From: Pecten maximus | Lineage: Eukaryota | DNA: 64,000 nt | Assembly (NCBI RefSeq): GCF_902652985.1 | Contig: NC_047022.1 | Span: 16,120,001-16,184,000, forward strand | Direction: 5' to 3' | Shown: piece by piece, positions 13,421 through 26,200 of the stretch | Numbering within the stretch: position 1 is the first letter of the stretch | How the letters are laid out: the number at the start of each line of letters is the position of its first letter | Program-made: the position numbers and the translations under genes | The notes under the pieces: model-generated | Told to the model about the DNA's origin: nothing | Databases searched by the model: none | Seen by the model: only the letters and a program-made list of their open reading frames with translations

Positions 13421-14659
13421 CCCGCTGTCTGCCACTACCCTACACGCAGTGTCTAGCTTTAATTAAACTATTTAGAGGCAAAACTTTAGCCTGGGTATGC
13501 TTATGCATTCAATCTTTCTGTAACTGGCTAACCGCACCTGATAAATAGCCAATTGTTCTCCCCTAATAAAAATGGGCGTTATTCAAATATATCCATCACA
13601 TAGAAAAAATATAAATACATTGACTGAAACACTTATATTCACTCAATAATTATTCCGGGAACAGACGATGTTTTGTATTTTTTCGATATTAATACAAGGC
13701 GTTCACAATAACTGTGTAACATGCAAAAAGAAATATGGAGTGAAAGCAGTAATTGTTTCTGGTATAATTAATGATCATGGTATTAAAGATTATCAATCAT
13801 ATTTGAGTTGCCAATTTCATTTTTTGTCGAATTTCATATTTTTTGGGAAGTGATTGATCACATTCGTTTTTTTTAACACACGTGTATTTCATTTTCATGT
13901 ATCAGGTCGTAAACTTCAAAGGAGAGATGAATTTTATATTCATGTAAATCATCAAATTTTATTTGACGCTTTGGTTTTGTATGAATAAAAACACATTATG
14001 GTTTATGGAATCAAGAGAACATCATTTATCTAAGGAATATTTTATATCAAAATGAAATTAATTGCATCTTAACGGATGAATGCATTTTATGATGGATAAA
14101 GCCAATACCAACATATGTCTGTCGTGCATCGAGAATGATAACTTTTGGACACTGATATAATGGACATTTTCACCGTATACGCTTTTTAAAATGTACAAAT
14201 AGAAACGAATTTTATAAACAATATGTATTAGACGCAGTACAATTAACACAGGTAATAGCATTAGTTTAAGAAAAACGAAACTAAGAACCAGTTCCGAATT
14301 CCGTTTAAGAAAACGGAACTACTATGTATAAGCTTTACGGGACTTGGTCCCAGTTCCGAGTTCTGTTTTAGGAACTCGGAACTCGGAACCAACTTCGAGC
14401 TCCCATATTTAACATAGTAACACAAATGACGAAGAAAGACAACATTATGACTCTTTCACTGACCGTGCTTCGAACTCACGATCTACGGCACACAATCGCT
14501 TAGCCTAAAATAATCACAGAGGATACTGCTTGTCCGCATTCACGTTCTCAACACAAAACATAAATATATGTAAGTTTATAGAGGGATATAAGCATATATC
14601 AAACTGAAATAAGTCAGAAAGTAGTTGCGATTATGAGAGATTAAACAAAATCGTAAAAT

Positions 14660-14779
14660 TTGCACCTTATTTACAACAATTACAGCTGTAATCACGCTTG
14701 TTTGCCGGAATCGAAGCGCGCGATGTGAGAAAACCGGAGTACCCGGAGAAAATCCATGTGGTCGGGCAGGTAACCCCCG
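14660..14779 (-). mobile_element. tRNA-derived SINE fragment with V-domain-like core
   Basis: Reverse complement reads CCTGCCCGACCACATGGATTTTCTCCGGGTACTCCGGTTTTCTCAC; same family as 21140-21365. Confidence 0.7.
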
Positions 14780-14869
14780 CAGAATGTCCGACGGAAGTAC
14801 GTGTTATTCTGTTTTATAAGCTTTTCATTTAGCTCTGCCAGCAGGCTTTACTTCTAAATGAGTATTTCT

Positions 14870-15008
14870 CAATCCACTAGATGACAAAAACTTCACTAAA
14901 TTTTGTAATCTACTAGAATATTATTTAACAAATTCGGTGGAATGTCGACTAAATTTGTAATCCACTAGAATATTATTTAACAAATTCCGTGGATTTTTGA
15001 CTAAATTT
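14870..15008. repeat. ~52-bp tandem duplication (TTTGTAATC[T/C]ACTAGAATATTATTTAACAAATTC..)
   Basis: Two near-identical copies plus a partial one. Confidence 0.8.
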
Positions 15009-16863
15009 TACACCTAGTGCGCTACTAGTGTACCAGAACTAAACAGGTAGTATGTGTGTGTCTGTGTGTGAGGTTGTGTGTATGTTTTGTATGCGTGTCA
15101 GAATGCATTCCCGGGTATGCGTTAACATGTTGGTGTAGTATGATAATGATTGCAAACATATCTTATGAAAGTGATATATGTTTGTTTATTTGGTAGTGCT
15201 CTATGAAATTGAAATGTACATTTCGCAATGTCTCTTTGCAGTTTACTCTCATAACCAAAATCATTTTGCTTTGATATGAAAAGAGTTGTTTGTGGCATCT
15301 TTGTATTCCTCGGAACATATGAGGAATGCTTACAACATCGGAAAAAGTAATAACAAGGAAAGTTGCCCTTAGGAGATCCGAAGGGAAAAAAAATATCACG
15401 ATTATAAGCAGTGCTGTATCGTTTACCATCGTTTATCACACAAAAAAACCAAAAAACACGTGATTTGTGGTCGTCGTTGCGAAAACTAATACCTTCTGTG
15501 AAGTTAGAAAATAGTTCGTATGATACAGATGCTCCATTCAGTTCAGTTCTTTATTACTTCGCGGCTTTCGGCTCATCAGTCGACATGTGGATGTTTACAA
15601 TACACCAAAACAATTAATTACGAGATGCTAGACTAAACTGTAGAACGAGAATGTTTTTTTTTTAATTATTGTTATAGCCTTTGTCAAGGTGAGGAAGCTA
15701 ACCATTACTAACAATCTGTAGAAACTATTACGTTTTTCGGACGACTGACGACCAGGAATGCTCATTCTCGTGGTTGCTCTTCAAAAGGTCATTAACCTTT
15801 TTTCAGAAACATTAGAACCTGTCACGGTGTGAAGATTTCCATTGTTAGTCACTGTTAGCTTTAAATAATAGTTTTCCAAACAATACATGCTTATTATTTC
15901 ATTATTATCATTATTAGTTATTGCTATATACATGTACAATAGTGTTTATCGATTAAATAAAGAGCGAGTTTTTATTTTAATAACCATACACTTACAAATA
16001 TTCAATATCACAATCGACTTCCGAGATTTTGGTAAAGCATGTTCAGTCTATTACACGTATCTAGTTTGTTAAGACTGACCTTTCCTAGAATCATATATAT
16101 ATATATATCACCGCCGATTATCCATCAAAGCACAAGGACTTGGCACTCATACTCGGCCTCAATAATATACATGTATGCATTATATATGTAATATATACAT
16201 GGACTATTCTTTAAAACCTATTGTCAAGTCCAAGTGGAACGAAGACGTCACACAGATCAAACTACTGATTTGATAGTAGGTGCCTCCTATATATAAAATT
16301 TGGAGTAAAGCTAAGGTGTAATTTAGTTTTCTTAGAAGCATTACGCATGAACTCGTTAAGTCAATATATTCAGAACGTGGAGTGTTAAGTTACGACAGAA
16401 AGACATAATTACACAATAAAAATACCGCTGTTAAACTTAGAAACACATTTGGACTGGAATCAAAACTATATAATTTGTCTTATACGGTAATAACAGTTTC
16501 TCGGCTACGTCAAAACATTATAATTATCAAAAATTCATGCAGATATGACACAATTTGCACAGGTGTTGATATGTTTATGAATGTTTTGATATAAAAAGTT
16601 AGCATTCTGACAGTCGTACTATTTCAACATAACACCAGCAGACAGTTATGGTAACGCTATCATATAAAATACTATTCCACATCCACTACTGTCATTGGGA
16701 GTAACATAAAACGTCTTTTAAAAAGGTATCTAAAACGTTACTGTATTAATTTTCTCCGATAACAGTAATAGTCTGAGATTCAACATGGCAGTTTCTACAA
16801 AGCTTTGTATTCAGAAGCTTCAAATTTCCAACTACCTCTGACGGGGATTAAGATATAAATACA

Positions 16864-17113
16864 CCAGGGTCCAGTTGTTCAAAAGATGATTAGCTTAATC
16901 ACTCGATTAATGAAACTCTCATTTCTCTTTTACTTGAAAATCTGTGTGTGTGTTCCTTAAAAGGAGCAAGTAAGGGAGAGACTGTGACTGTAGAGAGTGA
17001 TATAGCTTTTTTAACACGTTGCCAAGTTAGTTTTACCATAAATTATTTTATCAGGATTTTAAAATTGTTTTAACGGTGATTAGCCTAATCACTTTTTGGA
17101 CAACTGGGCCTGG
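16864..17113. mobile_element. MITE with ~38-bp imperfect TIRs (PIF/Harbinger-like)
   Basis: Left CCAGGGTCCAGTTGTTCAAAAGATGATTAGCTTAATCAC versus reverse complement of the right end CCAGGCCCAGTTGTCCAAAAAGTGATTAGGCTAATCAC. Superfamily is inference. Confidence 0.75.
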
Positions 17114-17229
17114 TACCAAAATGTTATTCTATGTTGTAGGCTTCATAATACAAGTGTTTTCATTAGTGTGTCCTTTGTAAACTACGACTAACGTAAAAAA
17201 ATAAAAAAAAATAAAAAAATATGAGGAGT

Positions 17230-18140
17230 ATCTTGTTGGTATGACGCAAGACTGTAAGACTTACTCCAGAAATCGTAAGGGGCGACTGGATATGGGATCA
17301 TATCGAATTGTTCTTCCAAAGATGCTGTCTTCAGTTGAGAGTCCGCTGATGCTGATATATTTTCTGAAGATGTTGTTGACCTCAAAAATATGCTTGACTT
17401 TTCAAAGAGGTATTCGGAGCGTTGGAATTTGACTGTAAATGTAGATAAAACGTGTGATTTTTAGAAAAAAAACTAAGCGATTCTTACCAAATGAACAGTG
17501 GAAATATGCTGGAAAAGTTATAGAGGTGGTAGATCAGTTTTGTTACTTAGGCTTGGTTTTTAATTATAATGGGAAATTTACAGTGGTACAGAGTGTCATT
17601 GCTGCGCAAGGCAGGAATGCTTATTATCTCCTCAATCGTAAGGTAAAAAAGTTTATATTGAATTAAAATACTAAATTATCATTATTTGATACTTACATAT
17701 CATGCATTTGAATTATGAATGTGGGATCAGGGGCTTCATCACCGCGCCACAGGTTGAAAAGCTACATTTGTCGTTTTTGAAAATCTGTTTTGGCTGTTAA
17801 TAGTTCTATGGTTTATTTTGAACTTGGTCGTTTTCCATATTATATACAGCGTAAGGTTTATATCATTAAATACTGGCTACACCTATTGTAGACTGATAAT
17901 TGTATATTGAGGGCTTGTTATAACGAATTAGTAGAACTTAATGCCAAAAAACCGAATTGTAAGGCCAACTGGATTTTTCATTTGAAACATGATTTATATT
18001 CGCCGGATTTTGGGGATGTATAGTTGGCACAGCATGTGTTCAATGAAAAATATGTTTAGTTCTTTATAAACAACGGAAACATGATATTTTTTTTTCAAGA
18101 ATGGAGAAATAACTTAGAAAATTCTTCAAAGTGTATCATT
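17230..18140 (+). mobile_element. Degraded non-LTR retrotransposon (LINE) RT C-terminal fragment
   Basis: Broken frames give WNLTVNVDKT, IEVVDQFCYLGLVF, LFDTY..ILNYECGI, VEKLHL and YFELGRFP..IIKYW, typical post-catalytic RT segments of RTE-X/CR1-like LINEs. Confidence 0.8.
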
Positions 18141-19937
18141 ACACAGGTCTACCTAAGCCAGCCAAAACAAGCATACACTCACCACACGCTCGCACACAAG
18201 GGAGACTGTTCTTACTGACCACAACTGAACAATTGGTAACCAGTCTGTAAAAGGATTCATGTACTCTTTCTGGGTTCTTATACTGCGGCCATATTTTTGT
18301 CCAATTCTGTTAAAGTAGTATCAATGATAATTAAAATAAATTAAAATTATCCTTATGATTTGATTTATTTATTGTAGACTAGTCACTACAACATCTGGAT
18401 TCCATTTTCCCCATTACCCAATTAATATACAATACAATATGCTTATAATTAGCATAGGGTGAGTGACCGCTAGTCTTTAACTGCTATACATGTGTTTCAT
18501 ATTGTTTTCAGCTGTACCACCGTAATCTTCCGGGAGAAATTATATCATGTTATTTATGTTAATTCATTTGATACATATGATACTAGATAATGTTTGTTTT
18601 TTCTTTTCTTTTTTAAATTAGATTTCATGAGACATCTTTCATCTATTATATATCTCAAAACATATTTGATGAATTATTTCATACATCTCACAAACTTTGT
18701 ATGATATGTGAACATGTGCTGTACAGAGGTTTTATATGAACATACTCGCTATCTGATAAATTAGTATGCACCTCATAAATAATTGAAGGTATGTTTTATA
18801 AACATACAGGCTATCTGATGGTAATCAATCAGATTTCATTAAATACATGAATGGCATTATCCCTTGAAAATATTTTCCCAAGTAAGACCAGTATTTTGAT
18901 GTAATATTTTATGCATTGATATGAAACATCTCAGATTCATTACCATACTTTAGTGCATATATGATACAGCAGTATCATAGTACACTTCAATTACCCCAGA
19001 CCTGACCCTCATTAAAAAATAGGCGCCCTCCCCCCCCCAAAAAAAAACAACCTAAACAAACAAACAAACAAAACAAATAACAAAGAAAAAACGTAGATAC
19101 GGAAGGAGGGAGCTAAAAAATCTAGAGATAGCTTTGTTTACCATAAATTCTCCTATCAATCTAAACAGATGTAATCAAACATGTTGTTTTATTACAGATA
19201 GATTGATGGACATGTTTAACTCCTTGATCATCAACACTGCATTAACTTTAGCAATATCTGTAGGGTAGGGTAGCATCATCTGTACTTAATGACTGTACGA
19301 GATTGATACAAGTTGTTAAAACATTTGGCATTATGGCTACGAACATAAATAATGATTTATTTATTTTTAATGACGAAATGGTGACTGATTGTAGATCTAT
19401 AAGATAAACAACGAATCATTTGATTGACAATTGCGTCACTGATGTGTTTACTAACGCCTTCATGCCGTTTAATGTTAGGTGTTGGCCTTTTTCGAAATCC
19501 ATATGCAAAAATAAACAAGATGAACTTCACATCCCTCATAAAATGAGCCACGTGACAATGCTCGTACATGTTGGGTCAAAGCACGGCCTGTAAACAATCG
19601 GTCTATCTACAAATAATAAATAGCGGTTTCTTTTAGCGCGTGTCTTAATAATCAACACTCATTAAGTCATAACGACCTTTACGTTTTTATATGACGTTGT
19701 TGTGTATGCTGTAACTAACAAACACTCCTGTTGATTAATGGAATCTCAGAATTATAAGGTATTTCTATGTTTTAGGATCGCTTTGCGCGCTAGGTGAGGG
19801 TGTCAGGCGTGTGGACATCTGATGACGGTAGCGACAGTAGGTTGTTACATTAAACCTCTAAATCGTGACAGCCCGCTTGCATATTAATTAGACAGAAAGT
19901 ATATATTTAATATTAATGAGAATTTGCTTAAGAAAGG

Positions 19938-19944
19938 TATATAA
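19938..19944 (+). promoter_or_regulatory. Candidate TATA box of gene A
   Basis: TATATAA ~190 bp upstream of the signal-peptide ATG; AT-rich background makes this weak. Confidence 0.3.
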
Positions 19945-20126
19945 TACTAACAGACCTTCTCCTATCGAAGCACGTGAATACAGAGAGCTCCACGGTCAGG
20001 TTGTATCAGAACACAGGGACATACATTTGGCAAAGATGACTTGACAGTTACAGAAAATTTAACGTTTCGGGAGCTTTTATTTTTCGTGAAGTATTCATGT
20101 GATCAGACATTTTATTAACAACAACA

Positions 20127-20208
20127 ATGGGGAAAATTCACGTTCTACCAATCTTTATTTCTGTTCTGTACGTTTGGATTATACTCACACCTTCGTTATG
20201 CCAGGAAG
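20127..20208 (+). CDS. Gene A exon 1: signal peptide MGKIHVLPIFISVLYVWIILTPSLCQE
   Basis: ACAATGG start context, hydrophobic core, SLC/Q cleavage site and AAG|GTAAGT donor. Phase 1 joins in frame to the acceptor at 28435. Confidence 0.8.
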
Positions 20209-23200
20209 GTAAGTTAAATTGACACGTTCGATAATACCATAATTGGCATATTAGTTACAAGATTTACTTACATATTCGGCCATTTATTGTGGCAGACCAT
20301 GATAATTGAATACAGAAATCAATTTTGTTGAAAGACTCGAAACATAGCGGAGGAAATATTTTACTTCGGGTTTAACAAAATCAAGTAATTTAGATTTAGA
20401 TTTCTATAATATATTTCTATGTAAACGTTTATAAATGTATTATTTTTACCATGATAATGATGTATGTATTAAATTTTGATATACATTTTATTAGATAGTA
20501 AATGATATATAGAAAATAGTCCTGGGAATACCCACCAATACTCATTCGTGTTGTGTATATGATGTCTGAGTAGAATCATTAATTAACGCATATGTTATAT
20601 GTAATTGCGCTTGTCACTGCAAATTAAAACATTGTGTTTCGTGCGTGTAGCCGAGTTCCTCGAATCCACTTTAAGATAATTTGATGATGCGCATTTGTGA
20701 ATAAACAGAAAATAAAATTTTCATGTCAGTCGTGTAAACATTTTTGAACTTTAAATAAGAAAAACTTGAAAATTGATAAAAACCGACGAAACCTAAATCA
20801 ATGATATCATAGCTTCTTCTACATCTGTCACCGAACTAGGTTATCAATAGCCACAATGTGGATTCAATTTCATGCGAACTTTCCATTCCTTGATAGTCAC
20901 AACCATACTTGCCAAGCCTACATTATTTGCATGTTATAGGTGTTGCGAATACCCAGACTTCACCCTAAATAACATTATCTCCGTTTAAATTGGTCATATT
21001 GGGATCATCCTAGGATTATCGAATCAACACGGATAATACATTAGAATTAGGATGTACAGACTCTGTTATGTACTTGGCAAATACAAGTTTTCCTGTGTAA
21101 TATGTACAATGCTCGTTAATATGCATGTGTTAGTCGGATTGCACAGTCGTTACACCTAGTCGATTTGGGTTCGATTCCCTGATAGGTCGTACAAAGAGAT
21201 ATGAGGTCACATGCCCGACCACGTGGGTTTTCAACGAATATTCCATTTTCCTCCCTCCCTCCCGCAGTTAGACCCCTCGAGCGCTTGCATCCGGGCCAGA
21301 GAGCATGATTATTATAAATTGATATAATTTGTTTCGGAATTGATGTTAAATGAACAGTTTATAGTTTAATATGCATAAAGTGTGGTTTCCTTATCTTTTC
21401 CTATTCTGATATAAAGAATGTGGTTTTATTTGACCCAGATTTGATTTGTTGAAGTCGTCACCTCCCAAGAGACATGGTTATATATTTCTTGTAAATTTCC
21501 AAGGATACTAGTATAAATATCTGTATCAGTTAGGATGTATTGCACCCATTTTATCGATATTGATATTTTCTCATTTGCCATGTTGATTATATCTTTTATT
21601 TCATTCGAAAAAAGTGTTTTGAAAACATCGACGAGAAATAAAGATTAGAAAAACTTATCAGGAACAGGAGTTATATATGTAATATACTCATTTTAGCGTG
21701 ACAAAGCCAATTATATTTCCTAGATAAATAGAGAAATATATCTGATGGGTTGGTTGTTTGGTTGGTTACATGGTTAAATGTCCCCTTTTGCTGTCATTGT
21801 GTTCAGGCCGAAGAGGCCGATGGCCGATCGGTGCCTGTATCCCCATCAGATGAGTCCTGTCCTATCAATCTGGTACGTGACATGACGCGACTAAGTGTCA
21901 AACTTCGTATTTCTTCATTACCAAAAACGTAGGGCAACAAAACGTCAAAGAAAAAAAAAACAAAGATGTAAAGATGAAAACATGTAAACATCAACAGCAT
22001 CAATTTTAGGCTAATGTGGTGGGATCCATCAATCTCGTAACAACATAAAAAGTTAAAGGCCACACATTTGACAATTGCTACAATCTGTTTACCTTTCGAT
22101 CAGACAAGAAACCTTTCCCAAGCGGACGTCACATTATCAATTACATTCTGAACAAAAAAACAATAACATTTTCAATTAAATGTTTACTGTAGTGATTATT
22201 TGATGGAACTAGATGGTTGTTTTTTCTCTTTGTAACCCAAGGACATCCTATCCTGGTTTACAAACAACATTCAGTTGTATATCAGTATCATGTAGTCTTA
22301 CAGCAGCTTCCTCCATAGAGAGAAGCTACGTAGATGCTTTTCCATACAAGTACTAGTCAACTCGAATAAACTGTTCTTTCTATTGTAATCTAAACTACCC
22401 TTAAATTATAATTACTAATTCTATGTTCTGTTGAAATCAAATATTGAAAATTATGAAATTTTAATTATGGTTCTGACACCACTCCATCCAGACAGATTGT
22501 GTCAATTCTTTCTACATATTTCTAGTTTTTTTTTTGTCACCTCTTAAGCTCAAAACTTCAGGCCCTGAGTGTCACTGACTAGTCCTAGAAGAACAAAACA
22601 GCCTTTTGACGCAGTTTAATTCATTTAATCTCAAGGACTTCCTTTCACTTAGCGGCCGGGGTTCGATTCCCCATCTGATGTGAAGGGTTTAGGGTCATCA
22701 GCTGCCACTGTAGTTTGTTGTAAAATAGATAAAGTTTACATGTTTATCTCTACTGTATCTATTGTTTTAAAATGTGTGAGTATTCTCTGTGTCTTGTACA
22801 ACCGTCTATATTAGTGACCTTTTATTTTTTCATTGGTGATGAATAAATAGTTTCCTACATGTGTCGGCCGCTGCCAATAAATGATGTCAGTGCTTTTTTT
22901 ATAAAAAAAAAAGTTTAGAGATATAAGTAAGAAACTTCTCTGAAGCTCGTTTAAAACGTTATTTATAAATGATTAAACTGAATGAATAAAGATCCGTTTG
23001 TCTTTTAATAGCAGTGACAGATATGCAGCCGATATTAGATTTTAATTTTAATTGAACATGACGCATTAATAAGCTTTGGTGTTACCCAATTTGCATTAAT
23101 GATGCATTTGGTGAAACATCTTTTAACATACTGAAGAAATTTGTCGGCTCATCATAAAATGTATCAAACGGAAGTGCAGTATTAATATCGTTTAAAGTAA

Positions 23201-26200
23201 GTGAACATTTATCATGGCTTCAATTAATTTCTTCGTCTTTATTGGTGATATAACATATCAGCTGTCAAATTCCAATTCCGGTTGTTAAGTTGTTTGGGGA
23301 CTTGCAAGTATGCTCTTGCAAAAGCTTTGGCCAAACACGAAGACTGTGTCCACCGATTGAAAATCACTGTCGGATGTACTTTCTCACTGAAAGGTGTTGT
23401 TATTCTGACAACGATCTAATAACTAATGTCAATCAGCCGACCAATATCAACTATAAGGAGTTTGTTCGATCGATGGAAAGAAGTCTTAGCATTGATCTGC
23501 TTCTTGCTTGGGCTTGCTTCGGGAAGCGCTTGGCTGTAGAATATAGATATATGTCTTAGTTCTTAGTTAAAAGTAGCGAGTAGAAAGTAGGGAGATATCG
23601 CAAAATGAAGCAATAGTATTGTACACATTACAAATTCACCAGAGAATATCGACATACTGATCAAACCAAACCTCCAACTGAAACCCGATTAAAACAAAAC
23701 TATAGATGTGTATTACCTTTACATAACATTAAAAAAGTACAAGGCAGATAAGAAAGGGTTCTCCGAAATGACAGGGATCTTCTGATTCATGGACGACTAC
23801 CGATAGACAAATCTAGGTCAAAGTCAAATTCTCAAAATGGGGACTAGGGTGGGGACAATGGAACCACTAGGCATATCAACACACATGGAACAGTCTGACT
23901 TCATATTGGATAAGGAAATATAATATTTGCAAATGACATCATTAACATTTTTTCATAGACTTCATTAATCTGCATCTGTCGCTAACTTGAAAAAAAAAGA
24001 AAATTAATGTATTTCTACGAAAGAATATAAAGGATACTTCAGGATTTCGGTATTGAATACATTCTACCCTATCGTATACATTGATATAACTGGGACCTTA
24101 AGTATATGATCCTGGTACAGTATGTGTATCGTGTAATAGAAAAAAAATTCTAATCATCATCAAACACTTTTGCGTCTGATAAAAAGACAGATAAATAAAT
24201 ATAACCACTCATTAACGTCCCTACAAGTCTCCCACCAAATGGCCTCGGATGTATGCAGAATCTTCCATTTTGTAACTAAGGAGCTTTGTTTGTTTTCTTA
24301 ACTAGATTTTCTGTACATAGCGGGAATACTGGCCGGGAAACGTTTTTTCTGAAATCCAAATTAAAATGTTTGAAACCTTTCTGTTTTAAAATTCATTCTA
24401 ACGATTAATCAATTACACTAATTGTGTTTTTTCTTACGCGACATTCGGGAGTAAATCGTTTTTCGGCGAACGCCAGATCCTGTTCTAGTACTTTTGGAGG
24501 ATTTTCTTGCAAGGTTATCTTTAATTCATATTTTGCCCTTGGTTTGTCCACTTTGAGTCAAAAGTTTTAATATCAGTGTGATCGTGTTTTATCACGTCAG
24601 CTTGGCCCGTTTCTCCACATTATTATATTCTAAATATTATATGATATACCATAGTTCAGCTTTAAAACAAAACGAATTTATTGACGTGTAAATGAAAACA
24701 TAACTCTATAACTACATAACGAGGATAAACTGTGAATGAAATATAGGGGGATTTCAATAAAAAGTCGATCAGACCAGGTGTTCCGGAAAGACAAGCAGTT
24801 TCTTCCTCATGGATGACGTAACTCTTTGAAATTTGGCAATGTCATATTCTTAAAAATGGAATCGGGATTGTGACAATAGAACCAATAAATTCATAAATGA
24901 ACATCGAGCACGGTTTAAGGCAATATGTTTAAGATTTAACTTTCCTATACCCATTCTAAAATATGAACAATCTGTCATTCGTACAGTTATGAACGAGAAT
25001 ATATCTTCATGTCACATTTTATCAAATCCAACGTCAGATATTTATACTATTTTCGCATTATCTATTCGACATTTTGATATGATTATGCTAATTGAACGTG
25101 AAACATAGCTCTGGGACATGCTTTTGCCGGCGATATCCTCGGGGACTTACGCCAACTAGAATACATTAAAGACGTAAAATAGACTAGTAGGCTTGTTAAT
25201 ATTTCTGATCATGTGCAATTCAGCTTCATTCACGTTTATGTCTCTATAAATTCTCGACAGACGTACTAAGTGACACTTCTATCAATCAGATAGACTCCCA
25301 CCACCATTCTATAGTTCGTTTCTCATGTCAAACATATCAGTAATGATTCTGTTTCGTCTACCATATGACATGTAAAAAGTATTGTATGCATAATCAGTGC
25401 TAACACGCTAATCACGTGACTCTACCTTTATATCATGTATTAAGTAACCTTTATTATGTGTCACTAGTGTGAAGATTGTGAAATGTTCGATTATTAGAAA
25501 GGTTACAGCCAACAGCTAAGGTGGCGTTATTACATACATGTACAGATAACCAAGGCCATGTTGAAGTATCCTTAAACTGCAATATCCTTAGTTGATTACG
25601 GTCACGTGACACCTCTATTGGTCATGTTATTTTGAGGGAAAAAAACGCCATACTGAATATCCAGAAAACAATTGCCATACTTGTGTATATAACATATTTC
25701 GAACAAAGTTGAATTAATATATTATTTCCAAATAAATCAAAGTAAATATATATTTCTGGTTAGATTTGAATTAAGGTTTCGATATTATATCGATACTATC
25801 TGGTGTTATTGTAACAATACCGCGTGTACCACATATAAACAATTAACTATAATATAGTGCATTTTATATATTTATTTTATACGTTAAACAATAAATGAAT
25901 AAATTGTATTGTCAAAATTTGTATATACATAGTAAATATCTTAAGGAATATATTACATTTGATTAATTGTGTAATTTGTTACTACATTATGTTTAATGGT
26001 TCTTTGTTTATATAGTAATATCTTGTTATGCGGCATAATGTAGGAATATATAAACACAATTATATATTCGTCTTACATTCTATTTTTAATTCTGAAATAA
26101 CGCTTCATACGGTATCTTCCAAGTCTATATTTGTGTCCGTAATAAACAAATTCCGTCAATAAGGAAACATCCCTAAAACCATAATAACGCCACATATTCC

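Noticed and set aside
21807-21872. 66-nt AG...GT-bounded segment in gene A intron 1 (AEEADGRSVPVSP)
   Set aside because: In the required phase 1 it reads into TGA. It is open only in phase 0 and looks repeat-derived.
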